A stretch of 64,000 nt of DNA from a virus (taxonomy: Duplodnaviria; Caudoviricetes): IMG/VR virus record IMGVR_UViG_3300033521_000004, positions 1,144 through 65,143 of that record; one strand, given 5' to 3'. Every line of letters begins with the position of its first letter. Within the stretch, counting starts at the first letter, position 1. The translations under genes and the position numbers were made by a program. Positions 18,174 through 26,896 of the stretch are shown in pieces. Under the pieces are notes generated by a model that was not told the DNA's origin, made no database searches, and saw only the letters and a program-made list of their open reading frames with translations.

Positions 18174-19375
18174 CACTCATCCGTTTCGATATACAGGCCA
18201 CACAAATCAAGGCCGACCGCAGCGGCTGTGGCATTGTTGCAGCGCCAAGCGCGAGGGGCCAACAGTGTTGTGCTTGACGGCAAGACTGTTCCGGCAACAC
18301 CGGTCAACGAGCCGGTAACAGAAGTGCCGGAGCCAAGGTTGGTGACCGTATAGCCGACAGTGTTGCTTGAACCCGGAGAGGCAAAAAGCGCAAGCTCAAA
18401 GGCGGTGTTTGTCAGCGTTGGTGCGCCAAGTGCTGTGCCAAGCGCAATCGCGGTCTGTGCAGCAGAGCCGCCATAAACGATGTACCACTGGGTATTGTCA
18501 GTGCTCAGTTGGGCGATGCCAACAGAGTTGGTAAGGGTTGCTGGATCGACGTTTGTCGGAGCGGCAATGCTGGAAGACATACCAACAAAAGCGCGAGCAC
18601 CGGCAACAGCGGCGGCGTCCGATGTGGCGAACCGAAAAAGCGCATGGAACCCACCAAGGCCAGCGCCGTCGCCTACGGTGTACTGGGCTACCGTGAAGTA
18701 GATGCCGGACAAGCTGGCCGCTGTTGCTGCCGAAACGTAGCCAAGCCGCTTCATGCGGGTCAAGATGTTGGTCACCGCCACAGCACGCTGTGTTGCCGTG
18801 CCGACTGCGGTGCCAGCGGCCATACCGGTGGCAATAGGCACGGTAGTGGCGTTGCCGATTGGCTGCCACCATGCTGCCCGATTGCGGCCAATGTGCGGCT
18901 GCAACAGAGTGTCCAAGCCAGATGGCCCCATAAATCCCGGCATCAAACGGCCCGCATTGCTGCGAACAAAGTGCGCCACGATGCCTGCTGGCGGTGCGGT
19001 TGGATTGGCGACTGACAGAACTGGCTGGTGGAAACTGTGGTCATCTTGCAGCCAGAGCGTTTCATCGGGCAGCAGAGCGCCAAAGACGTAGACGTTGGCA
19101 TCGGTGAAGTTCACCAGCGCGTCGGCGTTGGATGACTTGTAAATGATGTTGCGGGCCAGCGCCGAACCATTCCAAGTGCCCTCACCAGCCTCCCAATTTC
19201 CGGTAGGCACACCGTTGGCATCGACCGCCATCGCCATGTAGTGACAGTCCGTACCAGCAGCCATCCGGTTGCCGAATGTGTCCCGCCCGGTGATGGCCGT
19301 GAAAGTGCCAAACGCAGCAGTGCCCGGTGCCGAGCACTTCTGCATTACGTTGGTTAGGGCTACGTCTGCCATCAA
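18173..19375 (-). CDS. Virion fibre/spike-like protein
   Basis: 400 aa, Ala/Gly/Thr-rich beta protein, followed by the small chaperone-like gene. Confidence 0.55.
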   Translation of the reverse strand: MMADVALTNVMQKCSAPGTAAFGTFTAITGRDTFGNRMAAGTDCHYMAMAVDANGVPTGNWEAGEGTWNGSALARNIIYKSSNADALVNFTDANVYVFGALLPDETLWLQDDHSFHQPVLSVANPTAPPAGIVAHFVRSNAGRLMPGFMGPSGLDTLLQPHIGRNRAAWWQPIGNATTVPIATGMAAGTAVGTATQRAVAVTNILTRMKRLGYVSAATAASLSGIYFTVAQYTVGDGAGLGGFHALFRFATSDAAAVAGARAFVGMSSSIAAPTNVDPATLTNSVGIAQLSTDNTQWYIVYGGSAAQTAIALGTALGAPTLTNTAFELALFASPGSSNTVGYTVTNLGSGTSVTGSLTGVAGTVLPSSTTLLAPRAWRCNNATAAAVGLDLCGLYIETDE

Positions 19376-19779
19376 TTACCCCACTGGACAATTACGTTTT
19401 TACAGTTTTCGGTGCCGTCAAAGCTCGGGTCATGGTCATAGACCTTGCGCTCCCAGCGGTCGCGGCACCATGGCTCCGCGCAGCTTTTAATCTCGTCAGG
19501 CATCCAATCCAGATTGCTCACAGAGTCGCACCCCCCACAGGCTAGGGGAATCGTATGATTCAGCGCCCACCCGGGGCATGCGCCGGTCGTCAGACCGGTA
19601 CTCGGGCACGGGTGAATCTTCTGGAACTCCTTGAGCACCAACCTGCTTCGTTGAATTTCACCGTTCGCATCGCGCACTGGCGTGCCGCAATAACGCGACT
19701 CCACAAGATGCTGCGGCAAGGTGGCCAAAGCACTTGTGTAATAGGCGAGCGCAACCAGCGCGAACAGCAGGCGTTTCAC
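19372..19779 (-). CDS. HNH-type nuclease with predicted signal peptide
   Basis: GTG start overlapping the upstream TGA; MKRLLFALVALAYYTSALA then PCPSTG...GACPGWALNHTIPLACGGCDSVSNLDW. Confidence 0.65.
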   Translation of the reverse strand: MKRLLFALVALAYYTSALATLPQHLVESRYCGTPVRDANGEIQRSRLVLKEFQKIHPCPSTGLTTGACPGWALNHTIPLACGGCDSVSNLDWMPDEIKSCAEPWCRDRWERKVYDHDPSFDGTENCKNVIVQWGN

Positions 19780-20192
19780 AGTTGGAAGATCCCCGAGGGA
19801 TTCCAAGTCACGTTGATGTTGCCGCCGTTGGGGGTCACTGGCAGGCCGGTAACACCAGTGTCGATCCATGCGACCAGAGGCCAAGTGGTGTTGGCACCAG
19901 CGGTCTTCACGAAGATCGCAATGGCCTCGGCGGTGTTGCCGCTCACGGCTGTAAAGGTGCTGTCAGCAGCGTCAAACAAGCCATTGGTGAATGTCTTGGT
20001 GCCCAGTTCAACTTCGGTGCCCACCTGACCGGCGGCGATCGAGCTGTAAAACTGGTTGGCCGCGTTGTAGGTCGCTGTGCCGGTGTCGATCAGCGCGGCG
20101 TAGACGCCGGTGGTGCCCGTGCCATTGAGGCTAGAGGCCGCAGTAGCCTTCAAGGCTTCCTGCTTGAACAGGGGATAGAGTGCATTTGCCAT
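19776..20192 (-). CDS. Virion structural protein
   Basis: MANALYPLFKQEAL...FDAADSTFTAV...LPVTPNGGNINVTWNPSGIFQL, a recurrent phage structural family. Confidence 0.6.
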   Translation of the reverse strand: MANALYPLFKQEALKATAASSLNGTGTTGVYAALIDTGTATYNAANQFYSSIAAGQVGTEVELGTKTFTNGLFDAADSTFTAVSGNTAEAIAIFVKTAGANTTWPLVAWIDTGVTGLPVTPNGGNINVTWNPSGIFQL

Positions 20193-20195
20193 GGG

Positions 20196-22784
20196 TTACT
20201 CCTTGGTTGGCTTGGTTGCGGGCTTTGAAACGGCACCCACTGCGCGGCCGTTCTCATCCTCGATGATCTTGGTTTCGCGGGGCTGGGCGATAACTTGCGC
20301 GAGCGCGGCTTGCGTTTGCGCCAGTGTGGCCAAGACTTGCGCCATGGCCGGGTCTTGCTTTGGCTCTTCCTTCACCGGCTCGGGTTCCGGCTCTGCCTCG
20401 GCAACCTTCTTGACCTCTTCGATTTTGGATTCGAGCGCCTGCACGCGGGCGTCCTCGTCCTTTTTCATGAGGTCGAGCTGGTGTTGGATCTGCACCAGAC
20501 CGTCAAACAGCGGCTTGAGCATGTCGGCGCCTGCGGCTTTGGCCTGCTCGGCCCTGATCTTGGCAGCGCCGTCGATGTTGGCCTTCTCGATGTCGGCTTG
20601 GTACTTGGCTTGAATTTCCTGCTGGCGGTTGGCCAACTGCATCTGCAACGTGCTGATCTGGTCGTACAGCGGGCGCATCTGGCGCTCGAAGTCCATCTTC
20701 ATCTGCTCGATCTGACCGCCGTTCTGGTTGGCATAGGCCGCAGCTTCGGCGTCGGCCATGAGCTTTTGTGCCTTGGCCATCGTCTCTTGGATCTTGGCTT
20801 GGCGCTCTTCCGTCTGGAGCTGGATTTCGTGCTGTTGCAAGGCCTGCTGCTGCTTGGCCTGCTCCATCTGCTGCTCGGGCGACGTGATGCCCACCACGGC
20901 CCGAAGGCGGTCGGCCAGCTCGTGACGCTTGGGCATGTCGGTGGCTTCGATGATGAAGTCCATGACGTAGCCTTGGAGCTGCGGGGGCAGGCTCTTGGTG
21001 ATTTCGGTCAGCATCTGGAGCTGCTGCATGCGGTAGGTCGGCGTGCTCGGCACATCGTCCAGCACAATCTTGGCCTTGACCTTCTGCACATCGTTCTGGG
21101 TGACCATGCGCCCGGTCTGCGGATCCATCGTGATCTGGTTGAGCGGGATGATTTTCTTGTTCAAGCCCTCGCCAATCGTGACCACCATGGGCTTTGTGCC
21201 GATCTGCTCTTGCAGCAGCGAGAACAGCATCTCGCCCACCAGACGGCGCGAGTACCGGTAGTTGTCGTTGATTTCGGCCAGCGTGTTGACGCCCTGCTCC
21301 ACCAGCGAGTTGATGGCCAGCCCAGAGCTTGCGTTCGAGTTCTGGCCCATCATGGCCTTGTGGATGCCGGAAGCCTCGGCAATCTCCAGCTTGGCCTCCT
21401 GCATGACTTGGAACTGCTGCGTGGCCAAGTCTCCACCCGGCTCCACCTTGAACTGGCTTTGCGGCTTGCGGTTGGCATTCAGGACGATGTAAGCGTCCGG
21501 GCGGGCAACCTCGGCCATCGCGCGGCCATGGTCGGTCACAGCATCCCCGTCGGTGATGACCCGGCGGCTGTTGAGCGACCAGAGCATCTTGGACTTGCGA
21601 GCGTTGATTTCGTCTTGCGGGCTGATCATCGAGCGGATCAGGCCGTATGGCACGTTGGTCAGATCCTCGCGGTGGCCAAAGAACGGCACATAGGGGAACT
21701 GGTTGTGCTTGTAGGGGCTGGGCACGTCATACAAGAAGTGCGGCCCGGTGTACCAAGCCAATCGCACCTTCTGGAATGTGGCCTGCTTGACTTGCGCGTA
21801 GCCGCTAACGATGGCTTCGTTGTGCTTGGGGTTGTTGAAATCAGCCTCAATCACCCGGCCATTGGGCAGCGTCAATGTGTAGCCGCGCACCCACTTGCGA
21901 TACCAGACCTCGTACAGGCAGATCCGCATGCGCTGAATGTCGCGCCAGTCCACGGCCGCAATCCGGGTGTCGCGCTCTATTTCCCAGCTCTGCACCAGTC
22001 TTGAGTCTTGCTCAAGTAGCGGGTCAAACCCGGCCCAGCCGCCCGTGGTCATGCGGAATAGGCCGGCGTACTGGGGCATCATGGCAATGGCCTGCTCCAG
22101 CTCCATCCAACGGCGCCGGATCAGGTAGCGGGCGTCCGAAATGTCGGGCTGCTCGGCACGCCAATCCCAGAAAATCTCACGTCTGTGCACATACCGAACC
22201 CGCACCGGACACTTGAATGGGTCGTGCTCGCGGGCCACTTCGACCCATGACAGCCCCGCCTTGATCTGGCCAGCATACGCATCCGACACCGCGCGGTCGG
22301 CGCGGCTCTCGATTTCTGCGTGCTTCAACTTCACCGACAGCGCCTCGGCCAGCGCATCATTGGCTTCGTCGTCGTCTTCGGGGCGCACGCGCCAGTCTGT
22401 GCGGGTCTTGGCTTCCATGCCCAGCACCGTGTCGATGGTGGGCTTGATCAGATTGGTAATCAGCGGGGGCTGGCCACGCTCCTTCAACTTCTCCACCGTC
22501 TCCGGTGAAAGCTGGTTTCCGTCGTAGTAGTCGGCAGCACGGTCGGCCTCGCGGCGCCAGTGGGGCTGGTGCTTAATCTCCCACAGGAACATTTCGAGCT
22601 GTTTGCGCGGCAGCGCCGTGTCGTCCAGTTCCTCGGGCATCGTCTTGTCCGTCGGCTCTTCACCGATGACAACATTGCCGCGCGGCCCCTCGTCAGTTGA
22701 GTAGGGGCCGAATTGTGTGTCTGTTGGAGGGCGATTCAATCGGGGAATCGCCGCCTCTGTGAGTTGGATGTCACCAATGGCCAT
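20196..22784 (-). CDS. Portal protein (P22-like) with long C-terminal coiled-coil barrel
   Basis: ADYYDGNQ, TNLIKPTIDTVLG, RSMISPQDEINARKSK; Gln/Glu/Ala-rich tail; follows terL. Confidence 0.9.
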   Translation of the reverse strand: MAIGDIQLTEAAIPRLNRPPTDTQFGPYSTDEGPRGNVVIGEEPTDKTMPEELDDTALPRKQLEMFLWEIKHQPHWRREADRAADYYDGNQLSPETVEKLKERGQPPLITNLIKPTIDTVLGMEAKTRTDWRVRPEDDDEANDALAEALSVKLKHAEIESRADRAVSDAYAGQIKAGLSWVEVAREHDPFKCPVRVRYVHRREIFWDWRAEQPDISDARYLIRRRWMELEQAIAMMPQYAGLFRMTTGGWAGFDPLLEQDSRLVQSWEIERDTRIAAVDWRDIQRMRICLYEVWYRKWVRGYTLTLPNGRVIEADFNNPKHNEAIVSGYAQVKQATFQKVRLAWYTGPHFLYDVPSPYKHNQFPYVPFFGHREDLTNVPYGLIRSMISPQDEINARKSKMLWSLNSRRVITDGDAVTDHGRAMAEVARPDAYIVLNANRKPQSQFKVEPGGDLATQQFQVMQEAKLEIAEASGIHKAMMGQNSNASSGLAINSLVEQGVNTLAEINDNYRYSRRLVGEMLFSLLQEQIGTKPMVVTIGEGLNKKIIPLNQITMDPQTGRMVTQNDVQKVKAKIVLDDVPSTPTYRMQQLQMLTEITKSLPPQLQGYVMDFIIEATDMPKRHELADRLRAVVGITSPEQQMEQAKQQQALQQHEIQLQTEERQAKIQETMAKAQKLMADAEAAAYANQNGGQIEQMKMDFERQMRPLYDQISTLQMQLANRQQEIQAKYQADIEKANIDGAAKIRAEQAKAAGADMLKPLFDGLVQIQHQLDLMKKDEDARVQALESKIEEVKKVAEAEPEPEPVKEEPKQDPAMAQVLATLAQTQAALAQVIAQPRETKIIEDENGRAVGAVSKPATKPTKE

Positions 22785-22804
22785 ATATATTGCTTCCGGC
22801 AGGG

Positions 22805-24283
22805 TTACCCGGCCCTCCAGTCGTATTCTCTTCGGGGGTTCACTATTTGACTGCTTGGGTCAGGCGGGGTGATTGCGTAGCGCAGCATCATGTGGGCGTA
22901 CCGGCTGGCGCTGATCAAGTCGTCATTGAGCTTGACGATCTTGCCGTCCTTGCGGTGGTACAGCCGGAACTCGGCCAGCCAGTCCGTCTGGTTGGAAAAC
23001 ACCTTCCAGCGCCCGGTCTGCATGCGGTTGAGCATGTCCAGAACCGAGGCCTCAACACTTGTTCGGGAAATCTTGTGCCCCAGCTCGTCACCCGTCTCCG
23101 GCATCTGCGCCATCTCGTGCAGCATGTTGATTCCGGCATCCCGGTACTGCTGGGCCAACTGGAAACCAGACCCTTTTTCCGTCTGCAAACCGTCATGTGG
23201 CCACGCCACAGGCACCCAATCGCCCTTTTCCTTGATGACCCGGGCCTGATCGCGCGGCGTCGTCTCGCGCATGCGGTACGAATCGAACAAATACACAATG
23301 TCCTTGTCCCGATCCCACGCCAACCACGCCCCCGCCGCCGGGTGATCCCAGCCGAAGTCCAATCCGCAAATCTGCGGCCATAAATCGGGGATCTGGAACG
23401 GCTCGACCACAATCTGAGCCTCGGCAATGGGAAAAATCCGACCCGAACCCAGAATTGGAATGCCCTTGGCCCGGGCCTCGCGCTCGTGCTCTGGGTAACT
23501 CGACACAATCCGGTCGATTTCCTCGCGGGAATAGTGCCCAACGTCCTCGATCGTCATGTTGATGTCGATCCGATCAGGGCTTTCCTCTTGCAAGAAGCGC
23601 ATCACCACCTGAGACATACCCAAAAGTGGCGTGAAAGTGATCCAGACAATGCCCTTTGTCGCGTTTGTCCGGGTCAAAACCTCCGTGTAAATGTCCAGCG
23701 GCGGCTCTTCGTCCAGCGCAGCAAAATCCAGCGTTTCACCCTGCAACTTGGAGCGGCCTTTCTCATACGACTTGAAATAAAGGCGTGAAATACCCCCGCT
23801 GGCGTGCCGCACAAACATGCAATCGACCGAATCCGCGATACCTTGGGCGCGTTTTGGCTCCCCAATCAGCAGCTCCGACGGCACCGTGCCCGTCCCCCAC
23901 TCGTTCGGACGGCCCAAAATTAACCGCTGCATCGTGTCGCGCGTGGATTCCATCGACTCACCCAGCGCCCACCCCGTCACCGGCCGGCTCCAACGCTTCC
24001 CCTCCCACCACGTCGGGTACAAACCCGTCAGGTGGAACGCCACTTCGTAGGCGCTACTCCAAGTTTTCCCCAACTGGTTGCCCGCGCGGAACAACCTCTC
24101 GCGCTTCGTGGCCCCAGCATTGTGAAACTCAATCTGCTTTGGGTACGGCTTGTACCTCGATAACTTGTTGCGATCTTGCCTTCTCTTCTGCTCCTGCAAT
24201 ATAGCCAGCAAGGCCTGTTTGGGCGGCAAGTTCCGCAGCGATTCGGGCAATTTCGTCGTCAGTGAGGTTTGCATATTCATCAT
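22805..24283 (-). CDS. terL: Terminase large subunit
   Basis: Walker A RAGNQLGKT, Walker B FAALDEEP, RNase H acidic residues GLDFGWDHP and DDLISASRY. Confidence 0.95.
   Translation of the reverse strand: MMNMQTSLTTKLPESLRNLPPKQALLAILQEQKRRQDRNKLSRYKPYPKQIEFHNAGATKRERLFRAGNQLGKTWSSAYEVAFHLTGLYPTWWEGKRWSRPVTGWALGESMESTRDTMQRLILGRPNEWGTGTVPSELLIGEPKRAQGIADSVDCMFVRHASGGISRLYFKSYEKGRSKLQGETLDFAALDEEPPLDIYTEVLTRTNATKGIVWITFTPLLGMSQVVMRFLQEESPDRIDINMTIEDVGHYSREEIDRIVSSYPEHEREARAKGIPILGSGRIFPIAEAQIVVEPFQIPDLWPQICGLDFGWDHPAAGAWLAWDRDKDIVYLFDSYRMRETTPRDQARVIKEKGDWVPVAWPHDGLQTEKGSGFQLAQQYRDAGINMLHEMAQMPETGDELGHKISRTSVEASVLDMLNRMQTGRWKVFSNQTDWLAEFRLYHRKDGKIVKLNDDLISASRYAHMMLRYAITPPDPSSQIVNPRREYDWRAG
22825..22851 (-). 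promoter_or_regulatory. Late promoter copy 4 (portal), inside the 3' end of terL
   Basis: GTCAAATAG-N12-GAGAAT. Confidence 0.6.
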
Positions 24284-24782
24284 TCTTCACCGGATCCTTT
24301 GCTTCAAACATCCTCATCGTCTTGCCCAACAGCTCCAGCGCCCGATTCGCGCCAGCAGAATCAAATCGAAACTCTCCCGTCGGATTCCCATCACGGTCTT
24401 TGACCGGCTCGGCCTGCATGCACCGCTCCGTGACAGTCATCAGGCGAGTAATCACCCACCCCCTGTCCAAACCAGCCTTCAATATCGAGTTCTGCGTCAC
24501 CAGCTCGCACAACTCTTGGATGCGCTTTTGTACCTCGGGCACCTTCTCCCATCTGGTCGCATAGTGCGGCGAGTCCAACCCGATCAGTTGCAGCGACTCG
24601 CGCTTGTCCATCCCCAGCGACCTAGCCCGACAATAAGCCTCCTGCTGCGGCGTCAACCCAGACTCCATCTTGGGCGCCGGCGGCAACCGCGTGCCCTTGG
24701 CAATACCCTTGCGCGGCTTGATCTTTAGACCTTGCTCGACATCCTTCGTCAGCTCGTCAAGCTGTGTTTTTACATCCATCAA
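24129..24782 (-). CDS. terS: Terminase small subunit
   Basis: LTPQQEAYCR HTH-like region, DSAGANRALELLGKTMRMF, NLTDDEI; upstream of and overlapping terL. Confidence 0.8.
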   Translation of the reverse strand: MMDVKTQLDELTKDVEQGLKIKPRKGIAKGTRLPPAPKMESGLTPQQEAYCRARSLGMDKRESLQLIGLDSPHYATRWEKVPEVQKRIQELCELVTQNSILKAGLDRGWVITRLMTVTERCMQAEPVKDRDGNPTGEFRFDSAGANRALELLGKTMRMFEAKDPVKNDEYANLTDDEIARIAAELAAQTGLAGYIAGAEEKARSQQVIEVQAVPKAD

Positions 24783-25066
24783 TGCACCACCAATTTAAAA
24801 ATAGCCGCGCCCAATAAGGCACCAACACCCACAACAACCGACAAAATCCACCCGCGCGTCAGCTTCAACGTCGGTATCTCCAACTCGATCGACTTGATCC
24901 GCTCGTCCTGCGACTTGATCGAGCTAAACGCCCGGTCAAGCGCCTGCCGCGTCTCATGGTGCTTCTGCTCAAGCGCCGTGAGCTGCGCCAGCGAATCCCT
25001 GATCGCCGATAGCGTCTCTTCTATCGCCGCCAGTCTGTATTGGGTGAGCTTGTCATCATCGGCCAT
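24779..25066 (-). CDS. Coiled-coil protein with C-terminal TM (holin/antiholin- or XhlA-like)
   Basis: Soluble coiled coil, then GWILSVVVGVGALLGAAIFKLV. Confidence 0.5.
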   Translation of the reverse strand: MADDDKLTQYRLAAIEETLSAIRDSLAQLTALEQKHHETRQALDRAFSSIKSQDERIKSIELEIPTLKLTRGWILSVVVGVGALLGAAIFKLVVH

Positions 25067-25547
25067 TTCTCGACACGCTTACTGCGTACTCCTGCAAACC
25101 TGTAACCTGATTCCTCAGTGCGTCAGCGTCTGCCGCCACTGCTCGATATTCATCAGCGCACGATCCAAGTAGCTCTCTCGCTTCGGCGGCTCCATGAGCT
25201 GCACCGGGGGCGCCGGAATCTCCGGCTGGTTCACGGGCATTGAGGGCTGCGATGGTGTTCCGCAACTCGCCAACAGCCACGAGAGCGTCAGAAGCACGAC
25301 GACTGAGTTCTTGCGCTTTTGCTTGAGCATTTATTGCCACCTTTTCCACTTGTAAACGAAGTTCCTGCTCCTTGGCACGCGCCTTCTGCTCCATCTCCAA
25401 AGCCACAGCAGCATCATGCTCCCGTGTCTTCGCATGCGCAGCACGCTCGTTCGTAAACCGAACATAGTTCGCACCGGCAACCGCAGTCGTCACCGCCAAC
25501 GCAACCGCCCACACAACACCGGGCACAACGTCAAAGATTTTCCACAT
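25056..25547 (-). CDS. Rz: i-spanin (Rz-like)
   Basis: N-terminal TM followed by a long coiled coil; directly after the endolysin. Confidence 0.85.
   Translation of the reverse strand: MWKIFDVVPGVVWAVALAVTTAVAGANYVRFTNERAAHAKTREHDAAVALEMEQKARAKEQELRLQVEKVAINAQAKAQELSRRASDALVAVGELRNTIAALNAREPAGDSGAPGAAHGAAEARELLGSCADEYRAVAADADALRNQVTGLQEYAVSVSRNGR
25115..25330 (-). CDS. Rz1: o-spanin lipoprotein (Rz1-like), fully nested in Rz in another frame
   Basis: Lipobox LASC, Pro-rich mature part. Confidence 0.85.
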   Translation of the reverse strand: MLKQKRKNSVVVLLTLSWLLASCGTPSQPSMPVNQPEIPAPPVQLMEPPKRESYLDRALMNIEQWRQTLTH

Positions 25548-25550
25548 AGC

Positions 25551-26015
25551 TCACTCTATACATTTCCGAAATTCAGCTTGACGGCGAACAGTCAAACCTC
25601 TTAGAGGCTGACCCTTGAACTTGTCCCAGCGCAATATCTCGTAGCACGCCCCAGTGAAATCCATCTTGTTGAGCTTCTTCACCAGCGTCGAATTGCAAAA
25701 CGCATCCGGGCCGATGTTGTAGGCCAAACTCACAAAGGCGTCATACTCATTTTGCGCAAGCGGAACCTTCACGCACTTCTTGAGCGCACCCTCATACTTA
25801 TTGATGTCCAGCAGCGCACGCTCAATAGCCTTAGTCGGTGTAATCGTGTCTCCGGGCTTCACACCTTCCGTAGTACCAAACCCAATCGTCGGAACATCAC
25901 CCGGCACAGGTATATACGCCTTGTCCGAATACCCCTCGTGCATGACGATACTCACCAGCGCAGACGCCGACAGAAATATCGCCGCAATCGGTGCTCTGTT
26001 TTTCTTGTCGATCAT
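25551..26015 (-). CDS. SAR endolysin, GH24 lysozyme
   Basis: Weakly hydrophobic N-terminal anchor followed by HEGYSDKAYIPVPGDVPTIGFGTT (E...D...T triad). Confidence 0.9.
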   Translation of the reverse strand: MIDKKNRAPIAAIFLSASALVSIVMHEGYSDKAYIPVPGDVPTIGFGTTEGVKPGDTITPTKAIERALLDINKYEGALKKCVKVPLAQNEYDAFVSLAYNIGPDAFCNSTLVKKLNKMDFTGACYEILRWDKFKGQPLRGLTVRRQAEFRKCIE

Positions 26016-26191
26016 TTCTCGTTAAGCGGCATCGTAGTTACTACGCGCAACCCAGCGATACACGCCGCCACAACAATGCCGCTGACTGCGTGCATCTTCG
26101 GATCAGTAATCAGATCGAGTAAACCCTGCGCGGCAGATAGCGCCGCCAGAATCATTGCAAACCACATCGTTTTTGATTTCAGGTACTGCAT
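26012..26191 (-). CDS. Holin (2 TM, pinholin candidate)
   Basis: MQYLKSKTMWFAMILAALSAAQGLLDLITDPKMHAVSGIVVAACIAGLRVVTTMPLNEK; ATGA overlap with the endolysin; the longer 172-aa call in the ORF track looks artefactual. Confidence 0.75.
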   Translation of the reverse strand: MQYLKSKTMWFAMILAALSAAQGLLDLITDPKMHAVSGIVVAACIAGLRVVTTMPLNEK

Positions 26192-26204
26192 GCTGCTACT
26201 GCCT

Positions 26205-26340
26205 TCAAAAAAAATTTCGGGACTCCGATTTTGCAAATTTCGGGAGGGTGGGCCCGTGTATGCAACCGCCCGCCCCCGCCCGTTTTGGCCTCCCCCCCGG
26301 GGGGTGGGGGGTCGGTGTGGCGATGGTAGGGGGGAGGGGG
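26205..26340. other. Non-coding G/C-run tract in the late leader (candidate pac or structural element)
   Basis: AAATTTCGGGA twice (26212, 26235), TTTGCAAA palindrome, C7G6 and several G5-G6 runs. Confidence 0.45.
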
Positions 26341-26349
26341 CTATTTGAC
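26323..26349 (-). promoter_or_regulatory. Late promoter copy 5, head of the lysis-packaging operon
   Basis: GTCAAATAG-N12-TACCAT. Confidence 0.75.
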
Positions 26350-26640
26350 GTGCTGCTGCGTGCGTTCGAGCAGTCGGAGGTAGCCGCAGGCGTCGATCTG
26401 GCTGTCTCGATGGCGCGGATCGTTGGCCAGACGTGCGAGCTTGAGCTGCACCATCATGCAGGCCACGTCGTCGGTGGTGAGGTAGAAGTCTGGTGGCATG
26501 TGGCCGCGTGCGATAAGCCATTGAGTCCACATGCCGGCGATGGCGCGTAGGTTTTTGCCGGGGTCGCCGTAGGTTTGCTCGCGGTCGCCGTCCACGATGG
26601 CGGCTGCTTGTTCAAGGATCGAGGGTTGGTCGGAAGCCAT
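26341..26640 (-). CDS. DUF6378-like protein
   Basis: ILEQAAAIVDGDREQTYGDP..NLRAIAGMW...DVACMMVQLKLARL...HRDSQIDACGY. Confidence 0.8.
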   Translation of the reverse strand: MASDQPSILEQAAAIVDGDREQTYGDPGKNLRAIAGMWTQWLIARGHMPPDFYLTTDDVACMMVQLKLARLANDPRHRDSQIDACGYLRLLERTQQHVK

Positions 26641-26896
26641 GGAAGATTTGCTCAAGGGTTGCGAGTGCTTCGGCGGTCGGGTTGTTCTCGATCAGGAGCA
26701 CCGAACCCCATCGAGCCGTGGACTTGCGGCCGGAGCGTGCGATTGCGCCGGTGTTGTATAGCGCGTTGAGCGCGAAGATAGTCTGGTGGTAGGTCAAGCT
26801 GGTGCGCTGCGCTATTTGACGTGCTTGCAGCCATTCCGTTTCCGCGTTGACCACGCGGAGCACGCGGGAGCGATACGTTTGGCGCGTGCCGCTCAT
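26612..26896 (-). CDS. Winged-helix DNA-binding protein, candidate late activator
   Basis: WLQARQIAQRTSLTYHQTIFALNALYNTGAIARSGRKSTARW fits HTH plus wing. Confidence 0.55.
   Translation of the reverse strand: MSGTRQTYRSRVLRVVNAETEWLQARQIAQRTSLTYHQTIFALNALYNTGAIARSGRKSTARWGSVLLIENNPTAEALATLEQIFHGFRPTLDP

Noticed and set aside
26192-26530. N-terminal extension of the 172-aa holin ORF call
   Set aside because: It runs through the G/C tract and promoter and overlaps DUF6378; only the last 59 aa look like a real protein.
26812-26820. Eighth GTCAAATAG copy
   Set aside because: The hexamer at the 12-nt spacing is GCTTGA, lacking the conserved A and T, so it is not counted as a promoter; it lies inside a CDS.
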